A stretch of DNA of 64,000 bases from the human T2T-CHM13v2.0 reference genome, Homo sapiens (GCF_009914755.1 NC_060947.1); one strand, 5' to 3'; counted from the first letter of the stretch, positions 39,988 through 54,300 are shown. The notes: generated by a model not told the origin, from the sequence alone. Translations and numbers: made by a program.

Positions 39988-40345
39988 TGTCTTAGTCTGT
40001 TCAGGCTGCTATAACAAAATACCATAGCTTGGGTGGCTTATAAACAACAGACATTTCTCACAGTTCTGGATGCTGGAAGTCCCAGATTGAAGTGTGGCAG
40101 ATTTAATGTCTGGTGAAGACCCGCTTCCTGGTTCATAGCGCCTTTTCTCTGTGTCTTCACATGGTGGAAGGGGTGAGGGAGCTCTCTGGGGTCTCTTTTA
40201 TAAGGGCACTAATCCCATTCATGAGGCTCTACCCTCATGATCTCATCACCTCCCAAAGGACCAACTCCTAATGCCATCACTTTGGGGGTTAGGATTTCAA
40301 TATAAGCATTTTGGTGGGAGGGACATAGACGTTTAGACCATAGCA
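39988..40345 (-). mobile_element. MLT1A0-like LTR
   Basis: tgtcttagtctgttcaggctgctataacaaaatacca...gaccatagca; TSD gtaga/ataga. Confidence 0.88.
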
Positions 40346-40804
40346 ATAGAGATAAAACAAACATCAAGAAATAACTTTCATGTTAAAACAGAAAGATGGC
40401 TGTAAATGAATGTATTAAATAACGTAATAAATATATTTAATAACAAATAATGTAATTTGTTACATTAGGTAATATAAGCAACTATTAAATTCAGGGAAAC
40501 TAACCATCCAATCCAGTGTAATATTTAATATTTAACCCACAGGTAGTAGGTTGCTTCCTTATCCCCAACTTCTCACCCTTCCCTATGTCCTTGTCTTTAT
40601 CATGTATCTATGTGGCTGTACTCTGTGGTCATGGTGTTCTTTCTAACCCTGGTCTCTGGTCTCTGCCACGTGACTTACTTTGGCAAATGAGATGTTACCA
40701 GCCTCTATGCAAGTGGAACATTGGGAAGTTCTTGCCTGATCAGGCTGGAGTTCTCTTTTGTATCTCTGCAAATGGTATAAGACTATGTCCAACCTAGTGA
40801 AAGA

Positions 40805-41161
40805 TGTATTAGTGCATTTTCATACTGCCATGAAGAAATATCCAAGACTGGGTAATTTATAAAGAAAAAGAGGTTTAATGGACTCATGGTTCCATATGGT
40901 CCCTTACAATCATGGCAGAAGGTGAAGGAGGAGCAAAGGCTCATCTTACATGGTGGCAGGCAAGAGAGCATGTACAGGGGAACTGCCCTTTATAAAACCA
41001 TCAGCTCTCATGAGACTTATTCACTATCATGAGAACAGCATGGGAAAAACCTGCCCCCATAATTCAATTACTTCCCACCAGGTCCCTCCTGTGACATGTG
41101 GGGATTGTGGAAGTTACAATTCAAGATAAAGTTTGGGTGGGAACACAGCCAAACTGTAACA
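40805..41161 (-). mobile_element. THE1 LTR
   Basis: tgtattagt..gactgggtaatttataaag..ttgggtgggaacacagccaaac. Confidence 0.9.
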
Positions 41162-41803
41162 AAGGGCTAAGAAAATATTTTCCCTTTGCCCTCTGAAGCT
41201 TTACTGAAAAAAATCACTGACAAGGGGCAGACTAATAGAAAAAAAAAACATACAAATTTATTAATGTGTACCCAGGAGCCTTTAGAATGAAGACCCAAAG
41301 ATACAGGGGAAGTTGACCATTTTTATGCTTAGGTTCAACAAAGTATGGACAGCCATGTAGAAATAGGACTGGACCAAAAGGGTCTAACCTAATGCTAATC
41401 AGCTGAGTGGGGAAACCCAGCAAGACCTGTCTGTCTGAATTCTTGTTGGCCTCTCTGAGCAACACTTCTTCCTTCTGGGTATGGGGTGGGACCCTCTCTG
41501 GAATGGGGGTCTTAGGACCTGCAGTCAAACCCAGTAGGTCAGATCATTATTTGTGACCTGTTTCTACACAAACAGGTGAAACAAAAGTAGAGTCCTATTT
41601 TTAGGTTTTGTGGCTGGCTGTTGGGAAAGAGGGTTCTGGTTTCTAGGACCTGCCTTGTGGAAGAGAAATTCTAGTTTTTATGACGCCTGTCAGGAGGATG
41701 GAACTGAGAGATAGGAGGGCAAGAGGAGGTCAGAGAGAAACTTTTGCTTTTGAGGCTGCCTCTGAGGCCTTTGTTTTGGGGTATCATTTTCTGAGTCCCA
41801 ATA
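41162..41803 (-). mobile_element. MER39/MER34-family ERV1 LTR
   Basis: Reverse start TATTGGGACTCAGAAAATGATACCCCAAAAC; gaatgaagacccaaagatacagggg. Confidence 0.7.
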
Positions 41804-42519
41804 CTGGTCTACTCAAGGATTAGAGGAACCTGCAGCATTGCAAAGCCAGTCAACAGGGAAACCTCTCTATGGTTATGAGTAAGCTCAGCTGACCTCCACA
41901 GAACCACCTTGCTGACTCCCTGCTGGCTCCAGATAGGTAAGTAATACACACTCTTGTCTTCCCCTGAGCCATGTGGTTGGTTGTTGTGCAGCAGCAGCAT
42001 GGCAATAGGTAACTGATACTAGAACAGAACAAACTGGAAATAAACTTAGGAACACAGTTAGAGTTACAACATCCTATTTCTCTGCTCCTCCCCCTCCCAC
42101 ACTGTAGGAAATCTAATTCCTGTTGCCTATCACCCAATAATTCTTGTCATCCTGAGTAAAGTGTTCCTGTGTGATTGGTAAGCTCGTCCTGCTGCCTTGT
42201 AGAGCACATCCACTTTGATCCTCCTCCTTGAGTTAGCTGTGGTGAGGTTTCCTAATGCTGAAAATACTGAGGTTCCTTCTCTGTAACCGATACCTCCCCA
42301 AAGATCCTCAGTACTTCCCAATGATGATACCATCACCACTGATGCCAATGTCCATGATGACACTGCCCTTGCCTGTTTCCAAGAGCACAGAGGCCACTTT
42401 GCCTAACAACGGTCTTCCCATCACCTGCAATGCCCATTAGTGTCCACAAAGATTTTACTAAAGCTCACAAACAACTCCTCACTTAGATTTTTCTGTTTAG
42501 CTTTATCAAGAACAAAGTG

Positions 42520-42806
42520 GGCTAAGCATGGTGGCACATGCCCGTAGTTCCAGCTGCTTGAGAGGCTTGTTTGAGCCAGGAGTTCAAGACCAGACTGGAC
42601 AACACAGCTAGACCATATCTTTTAAAAATATATTTTTAATTAGCTGGGTGTGGTGGATGCACCTATCATCCTGACTACTTAGGCTGGAGAATCACCCGAG
42701 CCCAAGAACTTGAGGCTGCAGTGAGCTATGATCGTACTACTGCACTCAAGCTTGGACAACAGAGCAAGAACCCATCTCAAAAAAAAAAAAAAAAAAAAAA
42801 AAAAAC
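42520..42806 (+). mobile_element. AluJ with small deletions
   Basis: Diverged dimer with long poly(A). Confidence 0.88.
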
Positions 42807-42889
42807 CAAGGAGAATGAAGTGGTGGTACGCTTCAACTTTCTTACATGCATTGAGATAATATATTCAGCATAAATTTAATAATCTTGTA

Positions 42890-43190
42890 TGATGGTGGCT
42901 GCTGTTACATATTACCACAAATTCAGTGGCTTAAAACAAGACACATTTATTCCCTCCAGTTCTGAAGTTTACAAGTACAAAATCAGCATCACTGAGCTGA
43001 AATCAAGCTGCTGGCAGGGCCACCCTCCCCTCTAAGGCTGTAGGGGGAGAGTCTGTTCCTTGCCTATTCCAGAGTCTGGTGGCTGATGGAATTCCTTGGC
43101 TTGTGCCACATGACTTCAATATCTGCCTCTGGCATTCCATTACCTTTCTCCTCTTCTGTGTGTGCCCAACCTCGCTCTACCTCTCTCCTT
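42890..43190 (-). mobile_element. MLT1C-like LTR fragment
   Basis: attaccacaaattcagtggcttaaaacaa...aattccttggcttgtg. Confidence 0.7.
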
Positions 43191-43826
43191 GGTGTGGCCA
43201 TTGCTAATATCCATTTTAAGTTGCTTCCCCCTTACATTCAGTCATGGCATGATTCACTTCTTGTATCAAGTATCTATTGCCACATGGCTGTGTAACAACC
43301 AATGTCTCCCTGTTGTAGCTTTATTCTTCAGCAAAGTGTTTTATCTGTAATTAATGCTCAAATCAATATGTTTTTAAAGGGAAAAATAAATGGTTCCTGG
43401 TGAATGAACTGGATTTAATCCTTTTATTCTCTGAATTAGTATGTCTCTATTGCATTCACATGTACCTTGGCTCTGCAAAGTTCTTTCATCAAAGTCCTGT
43501 ACATTGATTTTTTTTCTTCTGATATTTTTCCTGTTTATGGATTACAGGGAGAAGCCAGCTTCATTTCATAGTGTCATAAACCTGTTTATTTTACTTGATA
43601 TTTGAGGCATTGCCTTTCTTTATACTTCAATTTTTGAAAAGATTCATAGAGGATGTGCATTTTTGTTAATTTTTTTGTTAATTTTGTTAATTTTGTCAAG
43701 AATTCAATGGACCTACTAATTATATACTTTTCATGTTTAAGCACAGGAATTTTTTTAAATTACAGTATTCATATTTTCTTTCATTCCCATTGCTCTCATC
43801 TTTCATTAAGAGCACTGTTGATTCTT

Positions 43827-43964
43827 GCCAGGGGTAGTGGTGTGCACCTGTAGTCCCACCTGCTCCAGAGGCTGAGGCAAGAGCATGGTTTTAGCCCAGG
43901 AGTTCGAGACCAGCTCAGGCAACATAGTGAGACGTGTCTCTAAAACAAAAACCAAAAATCACGA
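43827..43964 (+). mobile_element. FLAM (free left Alu monomer)
   Basis: Single monomer; TSD aaga(g/a)cact(g/a)ttgattctt. Confidence 0.85.
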
Positions 43965-44332
43965 AAGAACACTATTGATTCTTAGACTCAGTCCTTAGGA
44001 TGAGAATACACACAAACAAAGACACATGCACACACGCAGTGCAGCTTAAACTTGTCCTCTGTTGAAGCGGTTTGAAAGCTGGACGTAGTATTTTCTGGCT
44101 TTATCCAATCCTGTGTGTGTGTTGCTCGGGGAGGGGTTGTGGCAGGAGGGAGACTCCTTCGGGTCAATATGTGACTTTTTTTTTTTTTTTTTTAAAGAAT
44201 CTGGGATTTACTCTCTCCTCTGAGATTTTCTTAAAAGCCCATACTAGATTCATCCATCTGTCCAAACATGAAGACTGTCATCTCCTGTTATAGAGGAGAT
44301 AACTTCTGATTTCAGAGCATCATTCTCTTGAT

Positions 44333-44596
44333 TTTTTTTTTTTTTTTTTTTGAGACAGGGTGTCACTCAGTTGCCCAGGCTGGAGCAAAGTGGTGCAATC
44401 ACAGCTCACTGCACCCTGCCTCCTGGGCTCAGGTGATTCTCCTGCCTCAGCCTCCCAAGTAGCTGGGATTACAGGTGCATGTCACCACGCCTGGCTAATT
44501 TTTGTATTTTTTGTAAAGACAGGGTTTCTCCATGTTGCCCAGGCTGGCCTCGAACTCCTGGACTCAAGCAATCCATCCACCTCGGTCTCCAAAAGT
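44333..44596 (-). mobile_element. AluJ, 5'-truncated
   Basis: TSD catt(c/a)tcttgattt. Confidence 0.9.
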
Positions 44597-45794
44597 CCAT
44601 TATCTTGATTTAGCAAGTCCTGAAAGGTGGCAAGCCCTAATAATTGTTATTGCTTATGCTTCAGAGACAGACAGGTAACCTCCGCCACTCTTCATTGTTT
44701 TTTTAATGATTTTTTTAATTTAATTCACCTACTTACTCTTTCTGTACAATCCTCTACAAGCTGGTAAAATTCCCAGGACCTTTACCAATGCAAAACTATT
44801 AGGGCTTAACACTTTCCCTTTTTGCAGCTGTCTGAAGTTTTGGAATGTGTGTTCATATTTTTGTTTATCAGCACTCATTCTGCTGGTTTTCACTTCTGTT
44901 TGCTTTCTGTTTATGGTGCTCAATATTGGCTTCCTTCTCCTAAATATCTCCCATATTTAACCTAAATAATGCATGATTAAAATAACAAGATGTTCCTTAC
45001 TCTAATAAAATAAATAATGAAATAGATAACATAAAAGAAGGCCATGCAAGCAATAATTATATACTTACACTAGTCACACACTTATATTTTATAACTCTAT
45101 ACAAGCATATATACGTATATCATTATAAGTCTGTTAACTATATACTTACATCATTAATGGTAGTTACATAATGATAGTCCTTTGGGAACAAAGAGTATAA
45201 TTATTCTGGTGTGTGCTTTTAAGATTCAAGATGTGAATCTTGCTTAGTATACTGTTAACAAAATGTTGTCTCAGAGATACATTTAAATACTGTCTAGCCA
45301 GCCCGTCACTCAGATTTAATATAATTATTCATCTCTCATTTTTATTGTAGTTGGAGTATACAAGATTCATACAAAACTGACATGAAATGAGTGGTAATTT
45401 CCCTTCCAGTGAAGTAATAACTAAGAATATATGATAAGCACATGCATTGTGAAGATAGAGCATTACACTAAGTAATTAGCAAGCAAGCTAGCTAGAGTGA
45501 AGAGACTGCATTCTGAAATGACACAGAAACTACTTAGCACTATAATTTATTCTTATGCCCTACTTTGTGCTGTTTGAATTTATTCCTGGCCTATAAGTAT
45601 AATGATTAAAAATCATTAATCAAATTATTAAAATCATAATTTCATGCTTACTAAGCAGGAATTGTTTCTTAAACAGACCCTAAGTTCTTTTTGGTTGACC
45701 TTGTGGTGAAATCAGAAGAGCTCACATTTTCTGGCCAAATCAAATCCAGCTTCATGACCTACCCACATCTCTTACTAATTTGCTTAACTTTGGG

Positions 45795-46148
<354 letters not shown>

Positions 46149-47688
46149 TGAATTCAAAGTTCTTATCTGTAGAATGGTCGTGAAATCAGACGACCAGTGG
46201 TTCTAGATCTTAAGTGTGCACTAAGGGCTTGTGAAACACAGAATTCCTGGACTCCACACTGCTCTGTAAACCTCGGCTGAAGTTCAAGGTTTGCCTTTCT
46301 ACTGAGTATCCAGGCAATGATAAGGTTGCTTGTAGAGAGACCACACTTCCAATCAATGGCCTATGTTTTAGGATGGTTGGAACATTAGAAGAGATAACCT
46401 TTTAGTGGTTTTGAAGCCTGATGGGGAGCTTTAAATTATAACCCTACCCATGAGGCCAATGCATTAATATGCCACAGGCTGGAAACCCATCAATTGTGTA
46501 AAGCTTTTAGCTCAGTGTGTGGTGATGTGGGTCACTCAATACATTTTAGTTCTATTTCTTTGTGCATGCATTTGGTTTTATTCTATTTTTTATAGTTGAC
46601 ATATTCTAAGTCCCTGAATGACCCAAATTTGTCAACAGGTGTTTGCTTATTTGTTTAATGATCGCATACATTTGAGTCTTGACTAATTCAATTTAAATTT
46701 ACGTTCCATCTCCCTGTAGAGTTCAGTGTAATTGTCTAAGTCAATGGACTGTTTGTTTTTTTTTCCCCCACACCTGCTGTCTGTATGGGCCCACTTTTGT
46801 GGGTCAATATAGTGCTGGAATTGGATAAAGGCAGTCTTTAGGCAAAATTCACTTTTAAAAAGCCTTTTATTATGATTTTAGTTGGGATTTCAGGATAATC
46901 AGTTTCTACTTAAGATTTTATCTTTATACATGTTTCATATTTATAATAAATCCAAGTTCTGTGGGTCTGATCATTATTTGCATAAGCATTAAAGTGCACT
47001 CAAATACTTATGCAAATAGACCACCAGAAGGGCTTTGAAAAGGGGAAACAAACAAGCAAACAAGCTTCCCAAGTCGTTATTCACTTTTGAAATTGCAAAC
47101 AATTCTCCCAAGGCTGACCTAGTCCTATTTTCTTAAAATGTAAAGAAATCTCCAGGTAAACAACCCTTTAGGAAATAAAGACTTTATATTTCTTTTGACA
47201 TTAACAAATTTTGGAGAAAGTTTTTTTCTTATAATTAATAATAAAGGGGGGGTTGGATTTCTAGAAAGAAGAATATTACATTGTTTTCAAAGATACTCAT
47301 AATGGCTCTTGAATATTAATTAACTCAACATGCTTTTCTTCAATAAACATGTAATAGATGTTGATGTTTTAGGTACTACTGTGTTAGATTTGGGTTACAA
47401 AAATCAACAAAACACTGACTCTGGACTCAAAACTGTGAAAAGTGACTTGAAAATAGTCATTTAGTTTGGGCTAATGAGTGGGACACTGAAAAGGTAGGGT
47501 GGAAACAAAGTTGGTGGTGTTGTAGGATAATAGTTGAAATATTTAGGAAGAATCCAGACATTTAGAGCTTAAGAAATCTCAAAAATCATTTAGAACACTT
47601 TTTCTATGGATGACAGGATTAGATGAAAATGGTTTTATTAAATTCATACATAATAGTTATATTCAAATGGTTGACAAACTGTCCTGTT

Positions 47689-48122
47689 TGTCATGTGCGT
47701 CTGTATGAAGAGACCACCAAACAGACTTTGTGTGAGCAACAAGGCTGTTTATTTCACCTGGGTGCAGGCGGGCTGAGTCCGAAAAGAAAGTCAGCGAAGG
47801 GAGATGGGGTGGGGCCGTTTTATAGGATTTGGGTGGGTAGTGGAAAATTACAGTCAAAGGGGGTTTTTCTCTTGCAGGCAGGGGCGGGGGTCACAAGGTG
47901 CTCAGTGGGGGAGCTTCTGAGCCAGGAGAAGGAATTTCACAAGGTTAATCGTTCAGTTAAGGTGGGGCAGGAGCAAATCACAATGGTGGAATGTCATCAG
48001 TTAAGGCAGGAACCGGCCATTTTCACTTCTTTTGTGATTCTTCACTTGCTTCAGGCCATCTGGATGTATACGTGCAGATCACAGGGGATATGATGACTTG
48101 GCTTGAGCTTAGAGGCCTGACA
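47689..48122 (-). mobile_element. HERV-H solo LTR (LTR7 family)
   Basis: Reverse reads TGTCAGGCCTCTAAGCTCAAGCC...CCTATAAAACGGCCCCACCCC...GAAATAAACAGCC...TGACA; perfect 5-bp TSD CTGTT at 47684-47688 and 48123-48127. Confidence 0.95.
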
Positions 48123-48172
48123 CTGTTGACAAAGATTATACCATAGCTGGTGAGGATTCTAAAGTTTAACTT

Positions 48173-48460
48173 GGCTGGGTGCAGTGGCTCACACCTGTAA
48201 TCCCAACACTTTTGGAGGCCGAGGCAGGAGAATCATTGAAGCCAGGAGTTTGAGACCAGCCTGAACAACATAGTGACATCCCATCTCCACAAGAAAATTA
48301 AAAAATTATCCATTTGTGGTGGTACACGCCTGTAGTCCCAGCTACTCAGGAGGCTGAGGTGGGAGGATCACTTGAGCCCATGAGGTCAAGGTTGCAGTGA
48401 ACTATGTTTGCACCACTGCACCGTGGCCTGCGCAACAGCATGAGACCCTGCCTCAAATAG

Positions 48461-48505
<45 letters not shown>

Positions 48506-48534
48506 GATAGATAGATAGATAGATAGATAATAAA
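48173..48534 (+). mobile_element. AluJ with (GATA)n tail
   Basis: TSD taaagtttaactt. Confidence 0.92.
48463..48529 (+). repeat. (GATA)10 GAT (GATA)6 tetranucleotide STR
   Basis: Counted directly. Confidence 0.95.
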
Positions 48535-49859
48535 TAAAGTTTAACTTCCATGATGATGGGAGGGACAAGATTTTGCAATTAAGTTAAACCGCTTTAATGA
48601 TAGGGAAGGAAATCTAGTCTAGTTCTTCAGGGACAACAGGGCCTCATATTTCCGTAGGAAAATAATAGGTAGTAGATGATTACCTTCAGAGGTTATTGCC
48701 TGAAAAAAAGTGAGGCATCATGAAACCAGTAAAGCAAAGCTAAAGCCAAGAAATGGGCAACAGACAGTTGTAAGCTAGGCTGAAGTTAACCCCAGTGAAA
48801 CATTTTAGCAGGATGCAGGGTTCAATTTTCTGTGGTAGACTCATAGCTGGCACGCCAGGCCCTGTATGGTGACTGAGCAGAGCAAATTGATCAGCAATAC
48901 TAAACAGACTATGGTGTCAGGTGGCTGTCAGGGCCAATGCAGCAACTAAGCAACTTGGTAGAGACCTCGGAGCACTGAACAGGTGCTCCTTAAACCCCTT
49001 AGATCTGAGGTCTACATTAGTGCTAGACACTAGGACAGCTGGGCCTGCAGCTAGACGTCAAGATTTCCAATAAGAGCATGGAAGTAGAATGTAGGAACCA
49101 GACAAGGGCACAGGGGTTTTTCTTATTGTATGTGCCTCTGTAAAGATCCAAAACTGAAGTGGACAAATTGCAGACCTCTATTTTGACTCAATATAAGCTA
49201 TTTTCTTATATATTGGTTCTAAAAATACCTACTAACCTCATTGAGTAGTAAAGTCATAATAATTTTCCATGTAAAAAAAAATCACAGGAGTGCAGTCTCA
49301 TGCATGAATTTCATCTCAGGGGGCTCAGGGACACCTGTAGTTTATTTATATATTTCAGCAGAATCCAATGGCCCCGGGATAAACAACCCTGTTCTAAAAT
49401 TTAGAGCAGTCTCACATTATCCATGGAGCTAGTGTCAGAGGTAGATGTCCTCTAGCACCATATTTAAGTATAGGCTGAGTGACCCATGGAAGGAATGGTG
49501 GAGAGAATTTCCAAGCATCTGGAGGAGGCACTGGGCTCATTTACCTCCAAAAGACCTTTTAAGCCTGAAATTGTCTATGATTCAAGTAATGCGAAGCATT
49601 AAAAACAGACATCTGCCTCTTGAGAACCAACCAGTCACCTTTTACAGCCTAAACTCCTCTTGAGCTTAAAGAGAAAATGGATAGCATATCTCAGACATCT
49701 TAGATGGAACCACATAAATAGGATAGCAAGTATTTCAGTGGAAAAATCAACAGGAGAAAGTAAGTAAGTGACTTAGCAACAGGGAACAAGTTTGAGGGTT
49801 GTTTTTCTTGAAAAATAAAAATAATTTATAGGATGATTCTTACCATATAAAGTGTGACT

Positions 49860-50325
49860 GCAATAGTTATCTATTAATATGTAACAAATGATCCTACTAC
49901 TTCACAGTTTAAAGCAATGAAGATATACCATTTTTTCATGAGTCTGGGATTTTGGAGTGGCTTAGTTGGGAGGTTCAGGCTCAAAGTCCCTCATGAGCTT
50001 GAAGTCAGGTTGTCCATCAGGGCTTTAGTCTCGAAAGGTTCTATGTGACTGGAGGATCTGCTGGCAAGATGGCTCAGCCACATGGCTACTGGCCTGCCTT
50101 CTCAGTTACTCATCACATGGGTCTCTCCACAGGGCTGCTTGAGTATCCTTACAACATGGTGCTGGCTTTCTCCCAAGTGAGTTAGCCAAACGAATGCAAG
50201 AAGGAAACTCAAATGTCTCTTATGGCCTACGCTTCAAAGTCATATGCCATCATTACCTCAGTATCCTATTGCTTATACAAGTCAGCCCAGTCTTTAGGGG
50301 CCATCTTGGAGGCTAGATACCATAC
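49860..50325 (-). mobile_element. MLT1-family LTR
   Basis: gactggaggatctgc..caagatggctca; ctctccacagggctgcttgagtatcct; ggggccatcttggaggct. Confidence 0.7.
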
Positions 50326-50703
50326 TGATATTATAGCCAAGGGGGAAAGGATTTCAGCTCACTTTTAGGCTATTGCAGTGACTTTGAAAATAAGTACACA
50401 AAGCAATTGTATATTTTGAAAGACAATAAAGCCTATGCCATTCAGAGTCTTCACACATAAAGCATATCGGCCAAAGAACTTTGGAGAATGTCACCAATAA
50501 AAAACCACATGCAGCATTAACTTGACTTTGGACTTTGCTAGCTCGGATGCTTATATACATATCATTTCTAACTTAGAACTGGCTTTTCAAAGTATGACAG
50601 TCAAACTTGGTGTTATCCAACTAGGATTTGAAAAGTAAGTTATTGTGTAACTTTTAAAATCTTTACATTACATGTCATCAAGAAAATTCAAAATGGATTA
50701 AGC

Positions 50704-51338
50704 CAGTGTTTTCTAATAGAACTACATCCAGGGCCACAGATACAAGCTGATCATGTAATTTCATGTTTTCTTGGAGAAATGGGTGAAAGTAATTTTAATA
50801 GCATAATTATTGACCCAGTGCTATGGCTTGAATGTGTCCCCTTGGAAATTCAAGTGTTGAAACTAAATGACCAATGTGATAGTGCTAGGAGGTAGAGTTA
50901 TATAAAAAGCTTCACCCAGCACTCAGCTAACTTGCTCTTCCACCTTCTGCCCTGTGAAGATACAGTGTTCCTCCCCTCCTGGGGTTGCAGCAAAAGATGT
51001 CAACTTGGAAGCAGAGAGTAGCCCTCACCAGATAAGCAAACCTGTGATGCCTTGATCTTGAACTTCCCAGCCACCAGAACTGTAAAAAAATTCATTTCTG
51101 TTCTTTGTAAACTACCCAGTCTCAATATTTTATTATAAGAATGCAAATTGACCAATACACCCGCTGTGTCTAAATTCAACATTACAATTTCAACATGAGG
51201 TCAATATAAAAATGTTTGTTGTACTAAGTTTGAAATCCAGTGCATATTTTATATTTATGGCACATCTCAGTTGGAGGAGTCATATTTCAAATGTCCAATA
51301 TGCACATGAGATTAGTGGCTACTGTACTGGATAACAAA
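50704..51338 (+). mobile_element. MER33-like hAT element split by an MST LTR
   Basis: ctaatagaa..; gcacatctcagttgg..attagtggctactgtactgga. Confidence 0.65.
50819..51159 (+). mobile_element. MSTC/MSTD-like LTR
   Basis: tgctatggcttgaatgtgtcccc start; gccttgatcttgaacttcccagcc; aataca end. Confidence 0.8.
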
Positions 51339-54300
51339 GGTAATTTACTGGGTTCATTGGGAAAAAAATCCACTGGGCTAGACCTGATCAAGAAACTTGC
51401 TCAAATCAAGTAACCAAGGACCCATTGCTGTCTCACTGCTGTCTTCTCCAGGCCTGACTCAAACCACAGGCTCCAACAGGCAGCTTCTCAGTAGATGGGG
51501 CTCTACATTGTATTCACTGAATAGTTAATGTCTAGTCCCAGCCTCAAGTCCTCATCCTGGTCATGGAAGAAATGAGCATCTCTTGTAGCTAATGGCTGGT
51601 AGATGCACTGTGGTGTTCATATTCTCCCAGCGTCCTGAATTGGGTAACCTGACCATTCCAAGACTGGTCATTGTGCTTAGTATCACAAGATCTCTTGATC
51701 ATACAAGGCAATTAAAATCTCCTAGAATACAGTAGTGGGCTCAAGATTCTCATACCATATTCTTAAGCAAGGGAGAGTAATTAATTGCACAAAGGAAAAT
51801 CAGGGTACTTTTAGCAAGAGATGAAGTGGGGAGCAGATGAAAACAGACAAAAGCAAACACATGTCCACAACCCATTTGTCCATAATGAAGTATATAGGCA
51901 GATGTCTTGAATTCCATCTTTGATTTCCCAACCACAAAAGGAGAGGCAAATCAGAGGCCATGACTAGCTCTGGATCTGTAGCTAGGACCACCTACATAAC
52001 CCATGGCTGGGGTTCATCCAATTATTTGTAGTTTCAATCATCTGTGACCCACTTGTAATTCACTAATGCTGTGCCAGTGGCCAACTTGAATTTCTACAGA
52101 CAGCAGTAGCACCTTGAATTAACGGAATAATTGAAAATGGACACACTACTATGTGACAAGAAAATAATTTTAAATGGAATGTATAATGTATATTCGTCCA
52201 CGAAAGCATTACTCAGACTTTTGTATTAAATTTGAAATGCTTACTATAACCTTAAAACGGTTTCTGTTTTTAAGACAGAATACAAATTCGTTTTTTTTCC
52301 TGATGTTTGAGTTAAATAATCTTTTTAGGGAGTATTAAATGAATATTATTAGATTTGATAGATCTAACAAAATTATTTGAGTAAAATTTTCAGTCCTGTA
52401 CAAGGGCAAATCAAGTAAAATAATTCCGTCCTCAAAATAGTTTGTACTACAAGTTTTACTATAATTGAACCATTTAAAAAAAATATGTACTCATATGGGC
52501 AAGAACAAAGAAGGGACATTTTAAAAAAATTAAAGAAGGAAGATGCTAAGGTTGAAATATTTGGGGTGTTATTTTTTCCTGAGAAGGCTTATGTGGATGT
52601 ATAACAGCATTTGTGCACATTCTAAAATAAATTGTGTTTCTAAAATGAATGACGCACAACATCTTTTAGCAGCCTGCACAGAGCATTTGAGACTGAAAAG
52701 GAAGGTGTTTACACAGACATAGGGAGGAGAAAGACTGTTTTCCTCCACTGTCTTACCATATCACGTGAATCCTTACCCAGAACTTTCTCCAGAAACAGAG
52801 TAAATTCATCCAAAGATGTCTGCAGCAAGGAATAGCACACCAACATCAACCGTGTGGGAGAATTGAGGGTCTTCTAATCCAAAGGAAATAGGAGGTCTTA
52901 CTCGTATACAAGTGATTGTTATTTGAGCTTTAAATTGGTAGCTGAAATGTTCTTCATCTCTTAAATATATTCTAAGTTCCCAAATTCTTCTTCCTAAAGC
53001 AACTTTTGTCTAAAAGAGATTTAAAAAAATCATCTTTCTATTTCAGCAACAGGACTAGATTCTCATACTGCTAGTAACTCAACCAAAACTTTCCCAAGCA
53101 GAGCCAAAATAGCTCCCATAAAATTTCTAAAGATAAGAATCAGCCCCAGATGGTCCAGACTGAAATGTTAAATATGATGCTAATACTATGGTCAAATGAA
53201 ATGACATATTTGCATTTTTCTGAATCTATCTAAAATTAGTCTTTTAAAGAGGTCCATCTGCTTCAAAATATCTTTTCCACGGTCCGTCTTGTACATGATG
53301 TTTCCACCCCAAGTCAAGCAACTGGGTAAAGAAGTTGTATCTTTAGAAGGCCTGTGTTAAATAACAAATATATATGTGGAGTAGATGTCACAGTAACCAA
53401 AAAGGGCCCAGCACTACATCCACATGAAGTGTTTACTGGATGGGCAAGAGGCACTGAGAGAGCAGCGTTTGCATAGTCTATTTAGGTAGACTTGGAAAGA
53501 AAAGAAAAGGGAAAGACCTCTCCACTTTTCATGAGTCCTGATTTTCTGGTGCTAAAATAACAGGTAAGTTATATGTCTGCTTCCTTCTCAGTCTACTCTG
53601 GGTTTGTTCTTAATCGATAATGAGCATCCCTCTGTTTTTCTAAAGCCTAGTCAGGCCAGCAGGGTATTTGTCTTTTACTTGAGTCATAAGCTTTGCACCC
53701 TGTGTATCTGAGTTTCCAGGTATCTTCTCATATCATCTTCTTTGCATCAGGACAATCTTTCTACAAGTCTTTCTCAAATCTCAGTTTTTCTTACTCTATG
53801 TCTGAATTTTAGCCCTCTGAACAAAGATTCCATGCTCACATTCCAAGGTTGCTAATCTAATTGCCCAAGACATAGACAAAACCCTCCCTATTCTTCTTCA
53901 GCTTAGAAATGGAAGGATGACTATGGATCCAAGTCTCTTTATTTTCTCCCTTCTCTTGGCGAATTTCAAAGAATAAGATGTTTTGCTGGCTGCAGAGGCA
54001 GAGGAGAGAGTGGAAATAAAATGAGTCTACTGTGCTCCAAGAGGTGACCTCTGGACATGAGTTCTGACCCAGGACAGACCTGGTGACTTCAGCAACATCC
54101 TTCTTTCCCAGGCACAATGCACAGCAGATGGCCTTCTAAATGAAGTGCCATGCTAGTAATTCTCCTCTCACCTTGGTTCATAATAGGGAAATGGATTTTT
54201 GACCCATTAACATCTTACCCCCATTCATTTTGTGCTCTTTATTCACAAAATCAGCATCCCATGTCTGCAGTGATTAAAAGACCAAACAGAAGTACTTCAC

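Noticed and set aside
47623-48093. 156-aa ORF
   Set aside because: Almost entirely the antisense strand of the LTR7; no protein-family features
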